Shown in pieces: positions 9,011-22,290 of a stretch of 64,000 nucleotides of DNA. The position numbers were made by a program, and so were the translations under genes. The DNA is from Mobula hypostoma (Eukaryota), in contig NC_086108.1 of the NCBI RefSeq assembly GCF_963921235.1, forward strand, positions 35,838,001 through 35,902,000, in the 5' to 3' direction. A model generated the notes under the pieces. The model made no database searches. It saw only the letters and a program-made list of their open reading frames with translations, and was not told the origin of the DNA. Every line of letters starts with the position of its first letter. Position 1 is the stretch's first letter.

Positions 9011-12000
9011 ATAAGACCCTAAAACATGGGAGCAGGATTAGGCCATTTGGCCCATCGAGTCTGCTGCACCATTCAACCATGATGGCTGATCCTTTCTTCC
9101 CCTCCTTAGACCCACTCCTGCCTTCTCCCTGTAACCTTTGATGCCATGTCCAATCAAGAGATTGTCAAGCTTTTCCTTAAATACACCCAACAACCTGGCC
9201 TCCACAGCTGCTTGTGGCAACAAATTCTCCAAATTCAACACCGCTTGGCTAAAGAAATTTCTCCGCATCTCTATTTTAAATGGATGCCCCACTAACCTGA
9301 GGCTGTGCCCTTTTGTCCTAGACTCCCCCACTATGGGAAAGGTGCTTCATGTTTTCCACATCTACTCTGTCTAGGCCTTTCAACATTCAAAAGGTTTCAA
9401 TAAGATCCCCCCCTCATCTTTCTAAATTCCAGTGAGTACAGACCCAGAACCATCAAACATTCCTCGTATGATAACTCTCTCATTCCTGGAATCATCCTTG
9501 TGAAACTCCTCTGGACCCTCTCCAATGCCAGCACATCTTTTCTTAGATGAGGAGCCCAAAGTGCTTACAATATGCATGGTGAAGCTGACTAGTGCCTTAT
9601 AAAGCCTGATCATCACATCCCTGCTCTTGTATTCTGGACCTCTTGAAATGAATGCTAACATTGCATTTGCCTTTCTCACCACCAACTCAACCTGTATATT
9701 AACCTTTAGGTTGTTCTCCCAAGTCCCATTGCATCTCAGATTTTGCATTTTCTCCCCACTTAGAAAAGAGTCTACACACTTATTTCTACTACCAAAGTGC
9801 ATGACATGCATTTTCCAACATTGTATTTCATTTGCCACTTTCTTGCCCAATCTCCTAATCTAAGTCCTTCTGCAGTCTACCTGTTTCCTCAATACTACCT
9901 GTCCCTCCACCCATCTTTGAACCATTTACAAACTTGGCAACAAAGCCATCTATTCCATCATCTAAATCATTAATGTGCAGCATAAAAAGAAGTGGTCCCA
10001 ACACCAACCCTTGTGGAACATCACTAGTCACTGGCCGCCAACCAGAAAAAAGATCCTTTTATTCCTACTTGCTGCCTCCTACCAATCAACCGACACTCTG
10101 ACCATGCTAGAGGAACTCAGCAGGCCGAGCAGCAAAGGTCTCGGCCTAAAACGTTTACTGTTCATTTCCACAGATGCTGTCCGACCTGCTGAGTTCCTCC
10201 AGCGTGTTGTGCGTGTTGCTTTGACCCCAGCATCTGCAGAGAATTTTGTGTTTACTCTAGCCATGCTAGTAACTCTCCTGTAATACCATGGGCTTTTAAC
10301 TTGGTAAGCAGTCTCATGTGTGGCACTTTGTCGAGAGCACACAAATCCAAACAGACAACATCCCCTGCATTCCCTTTATCTATCATACTTGTAATCTCCT
10401 CAAAGAATTCCAACAGGTTTGTCGTGCAAGCTTTTCCCTTAAGGAAACCATACTGATTTTGTCCTACCTTCTCCTGTGTCATCAAGTACTCTATAACCTC
10501 AACCTTAACAATTGGTTCCAACATCTTCCCAACTACTGAGGTCAGGCTAATTGGTCTAGAATTTCCTTTCTGCTGCCTTCCTCCTTTCTTAAAGACTGGA
10601 GTGACATTTGCAATTTTCCAGTCTTCTGGCACCATGCCAGAGTCCACTGATTTTTGAAGGTTCATTGCTCATGCCTCCACAATCTCCCGCTACCTCTTTC
10701 AGAACCCTAGGGTGCAGTTCATCTGGTCCGGGTGACTTATGTACCCTTACATCTTTCAGCTTTTGAGCACCTTCTCCCTTGTAATAGTAACTGCTCTCAC
10801 TTCTCTTCCCTTACACCCTTCAACGTCTGGCACACTGCTAGTCTTCCATAGTGAAGACTGGTGCAAAATACTCATCTCTCTTTTATTTTTTACATACTTG
10901 AAAAGTTTTTACTATTCACTTTGATATTGTTTGCCAGCTGGCTTTCATATTTTATCTTTTCCATCCTAATGATTATTTCAGTTACTTTCTGTAGGTTTTA
11001 AAGGCTTTCCTCCCACTGTTTTTTGCTTTGTTGTATGCACTCTCTTTTGCTTTTACATTTGCCTTGACTTCCTTTGTCTGCCACAGTTGTACAATTTTGC
11101 CATTTCAGTATTTCTTTGTTTTTGGAATACATCTATCCTGCACCTTCCTCATTTTTGTCAGAAACCCAAGCCGTTGCTGCTCTGCTGTCATCCCTGCCAG
11201 AATCTCCTTCCCATTTACTTTGGCCAACTCCTCTCTCATACCACTGTAATTTCCTTTACTCCACTGAAATACTGCTACATCAGACTTTGCTTTCTCCCTA
11301 TCAAATTTCAAGTTGAATTCTATCATATTGTGATCACTGGCCTCCTAAGGGTCCTTTTACCTTAAGCTCCCTAATCACCTCTAGTTCATTACGTACCATC
11401 CAATCCAGTATAGCTAATCCCCTAGTAGGCTCAACGATAAACCACTCTAAAAGGTCATCTCATAGGTATTCACCAAACTCACTCTCTTCAGATCCATTAC
11501 CAACTTGATTTTCCCAATTTCCCGCATGTTGAAATTTCCCATGAATTACATAACATTGTCCTCCTGACACGCCTTTTCTATTTCCCATTGTAATCTGTGG
11601 TCCACATCCCAGCTACTGTTTGGAGGCCTGTATATAACTGCCATCAGGGTCCTTTTACCCTTGCAGTTTCTTAACTCAGCCCACAAGGATTCAATATCTT
11701 CCAATCTTATGTCACATCTTTCTACTGATTTGATGCCATTCTTTACCAGTAGAACCACACCACCCCCTCTGCCTACCTTCCTATTCCTCCAATAAAATGT
11801 GTAACCTTGGACATTCAGCTCCCAACTACAACCATCCTTCAGCCAGGATTCAGTGATGGCCACAACATCATACCTGGTAATCTGTAATCATGCAGCAAGA
11901 TCATCCACCTTATTTCTTATACTCCATGCACTGAGATATAACACTTTGAGTACTGTATTTGCTACCCTTGTTGATTCTGCATCCCTAGCGCATTGGTACT

Positions 12001-12708
12001 CACCCTGCTGGCTGCAATTTTTGTCCTATCATCTGCCTGCCCTTCCTGACAGTCTGAATGCATGCTATATTGGATTTTTTTTTACCATTCATCCTATCCT
12101 GAGTCCCTTCACTCCAGTTCCCTGATCTTCTTGCCAAATTAGTTTTAACCCTCTCCACCAGCTCTAACAAGCCTGCCTGCGAGAATATTGGTTCCCCTCA
12201 GGTTCAAGTGCAAACCGTTACTTTTCAACAGGTCATTCCTCCCCCGGAACAGATCCCAGTGATCCAAGAACCTGAAGCCCTGTCCCCTGCACCAGCTTCT
12301 CAGCCATGCATTTACCTGCTAAATCATCCTGTTTCTACCCTCACTGGCGTGTGACACAGGCAGCAACCCAGAAGTTACTACCCTGGGAGGTCCTGCTTCT
12401 CAGCTTTCTGCCTAGCTCTATAAAATCTCTTTTCAGGACCTCTTTGCTTTTTGTTCCTATGTCATTGGTGCCAATATGTACCAAGACATCTGGCTGCTCT
12501 CCCTCCCTCTCCAAGGTGCTGTGGACGCGATCCAAGACACTCCTGACCCTGGCACCTGGGGAGCAACATACCATTCAAGTGTCCCATTCACATCCACAGA
12601 ATCTCCTATCTGTTCCCTTGACGAATGAGTCCCCTATCACTACTGCTCCCCTCTTGTCCGCCTTTCTCTCTGCACCACGGACCCATGCTCAGTGCCAGTA
12701 ACCAGGTC
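9011..12708 (-). mobile_element. Long defective CR1 LINE: ORF1 SGNH esterase C-terminus, AP endonuclease, RT, 3' UTR
   Basis: ORFs 12341-12574 (CSPGARVRSV..DVLVHIGTNDIG), 11546-11863 (MAITESWL..GRGGGV..VIYRPPNS), 10252-10665 (PEDWKIANVTPVFKKG..RPISLTSVVGKMLE), 9422-9850, 9038-9331. Confidence 0.95.
10111..10253 (+). mobile_element. Short partly palindromic PLE pLTR insertion with degenerate hammerhead
   Basis: aggaactcagcaggccgagcagc is inverted against gctgtccgacctgctgagttcct; flanks actctgaccatgctag (10095-10110) and actctagccatgctag (10254-10269). Confidence 0.8.
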
Positions 12709-13151
12709 CCCATGACCTCTAGTTCTAGTCTCACCCAACTATGTGGAAAAAAACTTGCTTTCATTTACTCTATCTATACCCTCATAACTTTGTATATCTC
12801 TATCAAATCTCCCCTCATACTCCTATAGTCTAGGGAATGATGTCCAAGCCTATTCAACCTTCCCCTATAATTCAGGTCCTCAAGTCCTGGCAACATCCTT
12901 GTAAATTTTCTCTGCACCCTTTCAATTTTATTTAAAGCTTTCCTGTAGGTATGTGTTCAGAACTGCATTGAATACTCCAATTAGTAATATTTCATAGTTC
13001 ATGTAAATGATTTGGATGTGAACGTACATGGTGTTATTAGCAAGTTTGCTGATGATATTAAATGAGGGGTTCTTATTGATTGTGAAGCAAATTACAATGA
13101 ATTGCAAGGAGATCTTGATCAGTTAGAGTTGGGCTGAGGATTTCGCTATTT

Positions 13152-13568
13152 CTCTTTCAATATTTTTATTAGTTTCTGCATAGAAGAATACAGAGTACAA
13201 GAAGGTACATATTATAAGTCAAAAAAAAATAAAATAGCATCAAATACATTGTATTAAAAATACAATTACAATCACAAAACCCTGTAGTCATAAAAATTAA
13301 ATTAAATCGTAATATTGAAATATAATAATTTTGTTATACAGAAAAAAAATCCAAACCCCCTGCCAAAGTCAGAGCTGTTAGGAAAAGCACGAAAAAAGGG
13401 GGAAAAACCCTTATCATATAATAAAATATATTACTAACCACCATCTGTACTTTTACAACAAATCAAAGGTTTTGAAAATAACTCAAAAATGGTCCCCACA
13501 ATGTATAAAAGTCTTGGCTGGATTCAAAAACTGAACAACGGATCTTCTCTAAATTTAAGCATGACATA
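13152..13568 (-). mobile_element. Fish-type L1 LINE 3' end with 15-bp TSD
   Basis: Minus frame MSCLNLEKIRCSVFESSQDFYTLWGPFLSYFQNL* (stop at 13463-13465) matches the L1 ORF2 C-terminal LEKIR...F...W.PF motif; T-rich 3' UTR with aataaa; TSD aggatttcRctattt at 13137-13151 and 13569-13583. Confidence 0.8.
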
Positions 13569-13673
13569 AGGATTTCACTATTTAACAGAAATTTGGATAG
13601 GCACGTTAATGGGAGGAGTGTGGAGCGCTATGATCCAGGTGCAGGTCGACGGGAGGAGCAGTAGAGTAGTATT

Positions 13674-14036
13674 GCTACTAGGACTTGATGTTTCAATCCC
13701 TATGGTAAGTCGGCACTCTCGATGTTGGCAGTGGGTTTGGAGTGGTGACAAGGAGGGAGGGTAGGTACATCATTGGGGTCATCAGGTGGGCACCCTCCAT
13801 CTTTGACATTTCGTTGATAAGCCCACAACGTCTCCAGAGGGCTCAACGGTGCTACCTGGCATCCCAGATACACCCCCCCCCCGCCTCAGTTCCATACCCT
13901 CCTGTCTTCATCTTGCAGCCCAGTTGCTGTCTTTCCTTTTAATCCAAATCCAATTGCTGCTTTCTTCTGCTGCGTTTGACAAGGACTTGATTGCTTGTTG
14001 GAGGGAGTGACCCCTCACCCCCATCTTCTTCAGCAG
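13674..14036 (-). mobile_element. HERO-like (R2 group, restriction-like endonuclease) non-LTR retrotransposon 3' fragment
   Basis: Minus frame 14036-13908 reads LLKKMGVRGHSLQQAIKSLSNAAEESSNWIWIKRKDSNWAAR*, the AAE..S.W.W.KR C-terminus of HERO ORFs. Confidence 0.72.
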
Positions 14037-14149
14037 AATAATATTGTGGCAAAGACTAGATGGGTCCAAAGAGCTGTTTCTGTGCTATGGTGTTCCATGA
14101 CTCCATGATATGTTCCAACACAGAGACCCCATTAGTGACAGGTTACCAC

Positions 14150-15010
14150 TTGACCTTCAACCATTACTTTCTGCTTCCAGTCATTGAGCAAATACTGAAT
14201 TCATGCCACGAGCTCCCCCTGAATCCTATGTGACCTACCCTTCCAGATCAGCCTGCCATAAGGTACCCATGCAACCTAACCTTCCAGATCAGCCTTCCAT
14301 GATGGACCTTGTCAAAGGCCTTGGTAAAGTCAATGCAGAAAACATCTACCCTCCTATCTTAGTTACCATCTCTAAAAAACTCCAAATTATTCATCAGACA
14401 TGATCTCCCATGCACAAAATCATGCTGATAATTTCTGATGATCCAAATGATGCTGCAGTAACTTCCCGACAATAAACGTCAGGTTCACCGGCCTGTATTT
14501 CCCTAGCCTGTCCTTGCTACAGTTCCTAAATGATGGAACAACCCCCAGTTCTCTGCAACTTCACCAATGACAAGAGCAAATATCTCTCGAAGGGCCTCCA
14601 GAATGTCTTCCCTAGCTTCCCAGGAGGTCCAAGGCTGTACTTGGACAGGCATTGGAGTTCTTCAAGACTGCTAATTCTTCTTATGATCCAAGGCTTCACT
14701 ACTTATTGCCCTGATTTCTTTGACTTCTAAAATATTCTTCTTTGTAAACCACAAAGAGAAATAAACATTAAAAATCTCTGCCATCTCACACAGCTCCACA
14801 AGCAGGTAGCTCTGATGGTCTTTTAGAGGACCTAGTCTCTCAGTTAACATCCTTTTACTGCAGTATAACTGAAGATCCTTTTGGGATTATCGTTGACACT
14901 GCCTGCCAAATCCATTTCATACCCTCTTTAAACCTGGTCTTAAACTTTTTATATTCATGAAGGTTTAAACTAGAGTAAGCTATTCGTGTCATCTATCCCT
15001 GAATAACCAG
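14150..15010 (-). mobile_element. Decayed CR1 RT fragment
   Basis: ggaccttgtcaaaggccttggtaaagtcaat (reverse of D F.KAFDKV); caggttcaccggcctgtattt (YRPVNL). Confidence 0.65.
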
Positions 15011-15570
15011 TGCATTCAATTGGAAAACAATAACATCACATATGGACAAAAGGCTTTAACCCAGTGACTAACTCACTTGCAGGGATAAGCAATTTGTCAA
15101 AATCCACATCCTTCCTGATGGACTCACCAAGCAAAAACAAGATAGGGGAGAGAGCAAAATCTTACTTAACTCCAAATCTGACTGGAAAGTTTACTGTTTT
15201 CCACTCATTTAGCCAGTGCAACAGTAGCCCTATACTGGAGTCATCTACAGCTGGGAATGTATCGCCAAATCTGACCATTATTTATATGTGTGATATTCTG
15301 CTAAAAACATCACTGCTATTATCCATGTGTCAATCAGTTTACCTAGCAATCTCAGACGAACCTTTGGAGTAAACCATATTGCTAGTAATTGGTTTATAAT
15401 TGTCACAATGTGATGGAGAGCACCAGGTAAACGCATTCCTTACACACGTGCATTTACATACTCACACAAACATTACCTTGTCATTCTACCGTCATAGAGC
15501 TGAGTGCATGCACTTCAGTATCCTCCCCAGTATATTCTCATCATGAGTTCTAAACTGAGCTGATGCGCCT

Positions 15571-15664
15571 GTCCTGACGAAGGGTCTCGGCCCGAAACCT
15601 CAACTGTACCTCCTCCTATAGATGCTGCCTGGCCTGTTGCGTCCACCAGCATTTTGTGTGTGTT
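15571..15664 (+). mobile_element. Solo PLE pLTR insertion starting at the hammerhead, stem III mutated
   Basis: gtcctgacgaagggtctcggcccgaaacctcaactg...tgtgtgtt flanked by gctgatgcgcct (15559-15570) and gctgatgtgctt (15665-15676). Confidence 0.85.
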
Positions 15665-15925
15665 GCTGATGTGCTTCTGTTGGCTTTATAGTGCCTATCT
15701 CACCGTACACGGCAGTATATTTCATCTCTTTAGTAATGGGGATGTGTAAATGTGAATATATTGCTTGTATACTGCTTGTAAGGCAGATATTCCTGTTTGT
15801 TTTGTAATATGATTGTAACTACATTGTGAGGTGCTTCATGTTCTAATTCATATAATCTTAAGGTAACTGTGGGTAATTAAAGATGGTTTGTCTTGGTGTC
15901 TATTAAATTGGGTTGATCACTCTCA

Positions 15926-16209
15926 GGAGGGACAGGGAGAGGGAGGGAGAGGGGGGAGAGGGAGGGGAGGGAAGGGGAGGGAGGGGGAGGGAGAGGGCGG
16001 AGAGAGGGCAGGAAGGAGAGGGGGAGAGAGAGTGGGAAGGAATGGGGGAATAGAGGGCAGGGGGAAAAGAGGGCAGGGGAGAGAGGGCAGGAGGGAGTGG
16101 GGGGAGAGACGGCAGGAGGGAGTGGGGGAGAGAGGGCAGGGGGAGAGGGCAGGGGGAGAGGGAGGGGGAGAGGAGGGAGGGAGAGGGGGGAGGTAGAGGT
16201 GGGAGGGGA
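15926..16209. repeat. GA-rich low-complexity polypurine tract
   Basis: About 280 bp almost entirely G/A, with repeated ggagagagggcagggg units. Confidence 0.9.
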
Positions 16210-16419
16210 CTACCAGGAGTTCACCCTGGACAAAAGCAGCACGGAACTACTACTGCGCTTTCTGGTAGTCACCTTTTGTACATATTGCCAGTTTTCTTTA
16301 CACTATTTCTGCTCATTTTTGTAAGTTTTTTTTGACGCAGCTCCATGACTCCAGCCATTTTTCCTTTGGTCATAACCCATATATCTAATATATATGTACT
16401 GTACTAAGATAAAATTTTA

Positions 16420-19400
16420 AAACTTAGTTTTGCATTGCATCCACGCAGATCATTTCAAAACCTAAGTACTTCAAGGTAGTACAGAGGAAAAGCAATAGCA
16501 GAATCCAGAATAGAGGGTTGCAGTTATAGTTACAGAGAGAGCGCAGTGCTGGTCGGCAATACGGTGTAAAGGTCTGATGAGGTAGATTGAGGTAGATGAG
16601 GAGTTCATCTTTATTGTACAAGAGGTCTGCTCAAGACTGCCATAGCAGCAGGATAGACACTGTCCTTGAGCACGGTCGTGTATGTTGTGTCTCCTGCTGA
16701 ATGAAAGCTTTTGACCATTCTACATGAAGGAAGAGAGAATGGAAGGACGGTGGGGGGGTTCTGATTATGTTGACTGCTTTCTGAACACAGCAGGAAGTGT
16801 AGACAGAGTGGTTTTTGTGATGGACTGACGTGTGTCCATGGCCCTACATTTCTTGCAGCTTTGGGCAGAGCAGTCGTTCTACCAATCCATAAGGCATCCA
16901 GGTAGGATGCTTTCCGTGGTACATCTACGGTAAATGAGGATTGCTATGTTCTCTGTATTTCTGAGACATGGCTCACTCAAGACATGCTGGATATGTTGGC
17001 AACATCTGAAGGGTTCTAGATCTGCTGGATGGATCACTGTAGAACATTTAGGGAGTACAAAACATGGGAATTGTCTTTCACACTGAACTCTTCATAGTAC
17101 TCGGGCGCATTGCAGTCTTGTCATATTCTTGTTCTCATAACCTGGAACATCTGATGATTAAGTGCCATCCATTCTACTTACGGAGGGAGTTCTCCTCCAT
17201 GATCCTTACTGTAGTTTACATACCACCAAAGGCAGATGTCAAGCAAGCACTCATTACGACTGCCACCACTAGCAAACAAGAAACAGCCTACCCCAACGCC
17301 TTTCACATAATTGCTCGAGTCTTCCTTCAGGCTTGCTTGAAGAAATTTCTGCCCAATAATCATCAACATATCACCTGCAGCACCAGGGGTCCCAAAACAC
17401 TTGGCCACTGTTACTATGATCAAGAATACCTACCATTCCATCCCTAGACCACATTTCAGGAAATCTGATCATCAGGCTGTCTTCCTCCTTCTGGCATGCA
17501 GGCAGAGGCTAAAGGGCAAGGCAACAGAGGTAAGAACACTAGAGAGGTGGTTGCAGGAGGCAGAGGAGAAGCTACGGTGGACTGGGCCGTGTTCAAGGAT
17601 ACATCAGAAGATTTGGATGAATACACCACAGTTGTTACGGGATTTATAAAGGTACTTATGGACGTATGTGCCCCCACAAAATTCATTCAGTTCAGAGTCT
17701 TCCCCAACCAGAAGCCCTAAGTGAACTAAGAGATCCATAACCTGCTGAGGGCCAGGTCAGTGGAATTCAGGTTTGGCAATCAAGGAAAGTACAAGAGGTC
17801 CACGTATGACCTCCAGAAAGCCATCTGACATGTGAGGAGGCAACTCTGGACCAAGCTTGAATCACGGAAGGATGCTTGACAGCTGTGACAGGGATTGAAT
17901 GCTATCACCTCCTACACAGTAAATCCAAGCGACATATGTGATACGTTTCGCTTCCAGAAGAGCTCAATGTCTTTTATGCTCACTTTGACCAATAGAACAT
18001 GGAGGCACCTTCACAAACTCCCACAGCCCCTGACAACTCTGTGATTTCATTCTCTGAGGCTGACATGAGAGTAACCTGCAGACGCAACCTGCGGAAAGCA
18101 TCCGGCCCAGACAGTGTACTTGGCTGAGAACTGAAGACTTGTGCTAATCAACTGGCTGGAGTGGTTACTGACACACTTACTCTCTTACTTTGACAGTCTG
18201 AGCTATCCATCTGCTTCGAGCAGGCGTCACTCATATCGGAGTCTAAGAAGAACGTGGTAACCTGCCTCAACAACTATCATCAGTAGTATTTACATACACT
18301 GTGATGAAGTGTTTTGAGAGGATGGTGATGAAACATATCAACTCCTGCCTGAGGAGTGACTTGGATCTGCTCCAATTTGACTAGCGTCACACAGGTCAAC
18401 AGCAGATGCCATTTCATTGGTTCTTCACTCAGACATGGAATAACTGAACAATGAAGATGAATACATCAGAATGCTCTTCATTTACTACAGCTCTGCATTC
18501 GACACCATCATCCCTCAACTGATTCCTCACTTGCAGACGTCAGCTAGTTCTGTTTGATTCAACAATCACCATCAGCGCAGTTACATCATAAGACCGTGTG
18601 CTTTGCTCCCTACTACACTCACATGAATGTGCTCTAAGTACAGCTCCAATGCCATATTTAACTTTGCCGATGACACCATTGTTGTTGGCTGAATGAAAGA
18701 TGGTGGTGAATCAGCATATAGGAGGGAGATTGAAAATCTGGCCAAGTGGTGCCACAACAACAACCTCTCAATCAGCGTCAGCAAAACCTAAGAGCTGATT
18801 ATTGACCATAGGAGGTGGGCAGTGGAGGTCATTGAGCCAGTCCTCATCAGGGAATTAGAGCTGAAGAAGGTCAGTAAAGTTAAATTCTTTGGCATTACCA
18901 TTTCAGAGGATCTGTCCTGGGTCCTGGGCATAAGTGCCATTAAAAGGAAGTTTGCAAAGATTTGGCATATCATCTAAAACTTTGACAAACTTCTGTTTTG
19001 AACAGCCGTGAGTAGCTGCATCATGGCCTAGTATGGAAGCACTAATGCCTTTGAACAAAAAAACCTACAAAAGGTAGTGGACACAACATCTTCAGGGAGC
19101 GCTGTCACAGGAAAACAGCATCCATCATCAAGGCTATTCTCTCTTCTCACTGCTGTAGTTAGGAAGGAGGTACAGAAGCTTTAGACCACACACCACCAGA
19201 TTCATGAGCAGTTAATACCTTTCAACCATCAAGCTCCTAAACCATTGTAAATAACTTCACTCACTCCAAAACTGAGGTCCCAACTGGTTCTACACCCTAT
19301 GGACTCGCTTTCAAGGGCCCTGCAACTCCTGTGTTCAATATTAATTATTACTTATTTATCTGTTATTATTATTTTGTTTTTCTTTCTGTATTTGCATAAT

Positions 19401-19700
19401 GGTCATTTGTCTGTCTTTGTTAATGTGTATTTTTTATTGATTCTACTCTGTTTCTTTATATTTATTGTGAATGCCTGCAAGAAATGAATCTCAGGGTATA
19501 TGGTGACAAGTATAGTATATACTCCGATAATAAACTTAATTTGAACTTTGAACATCTATGAATATTGGTGAGAGTCAATTAGGACATGCAAAATTTCCTT
19601 AGCCATCTGAGAAAGTAGAGATGTTGTTGTGCTTTCATGGTTGTGGTATCTAAGTGGCTGGACCTGCTGCTGTTTATACCTAGGAACTTGAAGTTCTCAA
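16420..19700 (-). mobile_element. Older Rex1-type LINE fragment hosting the plus-strand Rex1 (pieces about 16420-16930 and 19555-19700)
   Basis: ggtaggatgctttccgtggtacatcta resumes as atctatgaatattggtgagagtc...ctgagaaagtagagatgttgttgtgctttc (reverse KAQQHLYFLR). Confidence 0.6.
16935..19553 (+). mobile_element. Defective Rex1/Babar LINE: AP endonuclease, RT, 3' UTR
   Basis: tctgagacatggctc (ETWL), LEHLMIKCHPFYLRREFSSMILTVVYIPP, agaatgctcttcatttactacagctctgcattcgacacc (RMLFI.YSSAF.T), tttgccgatgacacc (FADDT), tail aataaacttaatttgaactttgaac. Confidence 0.9.
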
Positions 19701-20919
19701 CTGATGCTGTTAGCCCTGAGTCACATTTAAACCAGAAGGCAAATACAAAGCATAATTCAAGGGATAAACATCAGCCAATGTGATGAAGATGAAGAAGATA
19801 TGAAGATGGATTCAAGATAAAGGTTAGCAGGTTAGTGATTTAATTGACTCTGGTGCAGGTAATTCCAGGATCTGTGATTGTGGTGAGAATGAAGTGGCTA
19901 GGGTAGGATTAGTGTGAAAATTGGTGTTGGATGTTTGGTGCAGGGTCAACGGACCTAAGGGTTTGATTCTGTGTACTATCTCTTCATGATTCCATGACCT
20001 TAAAAGGATTTATTGGGGTGAAGAGGAAGTGAAGGAGGAAAGGGTCAAAATGCATGATCTATGAAAAGCAGAAAGCAGAATTGATGAGAAGACATAAGGC
20101 TGGAGGATTAACATTTCCAGTCAAAAGATGAGGCTCTGCTCCTTGAACTTAGATTGATCTTTATTTTAATAGATGGGGAGAATGGGAATAAAACAGAAGA
20201 TGAAAAGAAATACTGAGTGAGAGCTCAGTGACACATTAAAAGTGGTTACCTAGGAAGTCTCTGGCCTTCCCTGTGCAGAGTATAGTGAACGCAGTTATAT
20301 TACTGCATACTGAAAATGCATGGAATATTGGCAAACCAGAGGGTTCCTAAAATATCCTGATAGTTTGACCTTCATCATTAGGAATACCACTAATACTTTC
20401 ATTCTGGTTCCATTATAGATTCTGTTGTCACATTTATTAAACTAATTAACTTAATTAAATGTTTCCAACTTCAATGGTAGAATTAGAGCTCATATCCTCA
20501 GTTCCTCAATCCAGATTACTGGATTATCAATCCAGCAATGAAAGCAATATGCTATGATACCTCAATGATATGCAATGTACTCAGCATAACCGGAGTATTG
20601 TTAGTCATTTATGCTCTTTAGAGCCAATGCAAGATGTGAAATCATACAAGGAGGTGTTGAACGTAGTGAATCCAGAGCTGTATGATTCATGAGTAACAAA
20701 GATAGAATGGCTAAAGGAATGCCAAAGAACACAGGCAGAGAAAGAAGGTTAACAGAACAGGGAAATGGCATGCAGCTACTAACACACGATTTTCTCGATG
20801 TGCCCCATCCCATATCATTGTTTTCCTGACTTCCTTTCACAACGGTGGTAAGTACTTGCTATACCTAGTTGCAGGAATGTTCAGTATTCCTTCAAAGAAG
20901 CCATTCTTCACAGTGAGTT

Positions 20920-21124
20920 CACAGACATGAGGGAATCTGGAGATACTGGAAATCCTGGCAACACATACAAAATGCTGAAGGATCTCAGCAGGCCAGGCAG
21001 CATCTATGGAAAAAAAAATACAGTCGACGCTGCTGAAGGGTTTCGGCCCGAAACATCGGCTGTACTTATTTTCCATAGATGCTGCCTGGCCTGCTGAGTT
21101 CCTCCAGTATTTTGTGTGTGTTGC
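20920..21124. mobile_element. Palindromic PLE mini-element of two inverted pLTR arms
   Basis: gcaacacatacaaaatgctg...gcagcatctatggaaaa is inverted against ttttccatagatgctgc...tgtgtgtgttgc; centre holds a degenerate hammerhead ctgctgaagggtttcggcccgaaacatc; cagtgag occurs on both flanks. Confidence 0.85.
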
Positions 21125-21587
21125 TTCAGTGAGCTATAGTTTTGAGGTTTGAGAGCCTACTCAACAGTGACTATCAGAACCAAATCCTACCCTTGTCTGA
21201 ACCTCATTCACACACCAACCTACAGATACTTTTACTTATTTTTCAGTCAGGAGTAGAAAGCTTGGGTCATTTTCCCTCTTTCCTCTCACTGAAGATGATA
21301 GACAAGAAATATTCCTGTTCCCAGCAACTCAAATCAACAACTCTTGGTATCAAGTCAGCTATCCATTTGTGGTTGGTGGGCGCTCTGTGGTTCCTGTCTA
21401 AATGTGTGCTCCTGAACCAGTGTCCATTAGGTCTAACTTTCCTGTCATTTCAAAAGACATTTGGATAGGTACATGGATATGAGGAGTTTAGAAGGTTATG
21501 GGCTAATACACAAGCAAACAGGACTAGTTTGGTGGGTACACACAGTCAACATGGATACATTAGGCTGACGGACCTGTTTCTATGCAG

Positions 21588-21882
21588 ATTTATTTATTTA
21601 TTTATTGCAATCCAGCATGGAATAGGCCTTTTGAGCCCTTCAAGCCACATCACCCAGCAATCTCCCAATTTAATCTGTGCCTAATCATGGGACAATTTAC
21701 AATGACCAATTAACCTACTAACCGGTACATCTTTGGACTGTGGGAGGAAACTGGAGCACCTGGAGGAAACCCATGCGGTCATAGGGAGAACATACAAACT
21801 CCTTACAAGCAGCAGCGGGAAATGAACCCAGGTTGCTGGTACTGTAAAACGTTGTGCTAACCACTACACTATGGTGCCTCCC
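21588..21882 (-). mobile_element. tRNA-derived V-SINE
   Basis: Minus strand gggaggcaccatagtgtagtggttagcac (A box), ctgggttcatttccc (B box), gggtttcctccaggtgctccagtttcctcccacagtccaaag (V domain), (AAAT)n tail. Confidence 0.85.
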
Positions 21883-22290
21883 CATTCATTGACTCTTTAA
21901 CTCTATTATCTCAGTTTAGCAGGTCTTTCCTTTTCCAATCCATTAGCTGCTTAATTATTTTCTTAACTTATTATCAAGTCCACAATTTTCACCCTTTCAG
22001 AATTGAACTGCATATCATAATCATTCTCTTCACCTTCCCTCTCTTTCTTTTGCCAGTTATAGTATATCCACATCCATTGTTACTTAACCAACAGAAACAG
22101 CTATTGTCCACTTATTCTGCTAATGCAATAGAAGGAACTGTTACCTTGTTATAATTACCTATGAAATTTAAGAATTATTGATTTAATTTTTGGTTGGCTG
22201 GGCCTTCAGTGATAATTTGTTCACCCAGTAGCATTTATCAACTGAATGCCAGTCAGGGTGCAGTGCAAGAAACAGTATCGGTAGTTCCTA

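Larger units (their letters stand above)
8746..12980 (-). mobile_element. CR1 LINE 3' fragment split by a second CR1 (pieces 8746-9010 and 12709-12980)
   Basis: agagtcatag tail at about 8747; tcacccttaacccat resumes as cccatgacctctagttctagtctcacccaac at 12709; the same junction is contiguous at about 43920-43955. Confidence 0.75.

Noticed and set aside
15888..16196. 102-aa Gly/Arg/Glu-rich ORF
   Set aside because: Translation of the GA-rich low-complexity tract, which lacks T and therefore stop codons.
21820..21882. tRNA gene
   Set aside because: A/B boxes run directly into a V-SINE core and tail, and no complete cloverleaf forms. The same applies at about 3205-3270.
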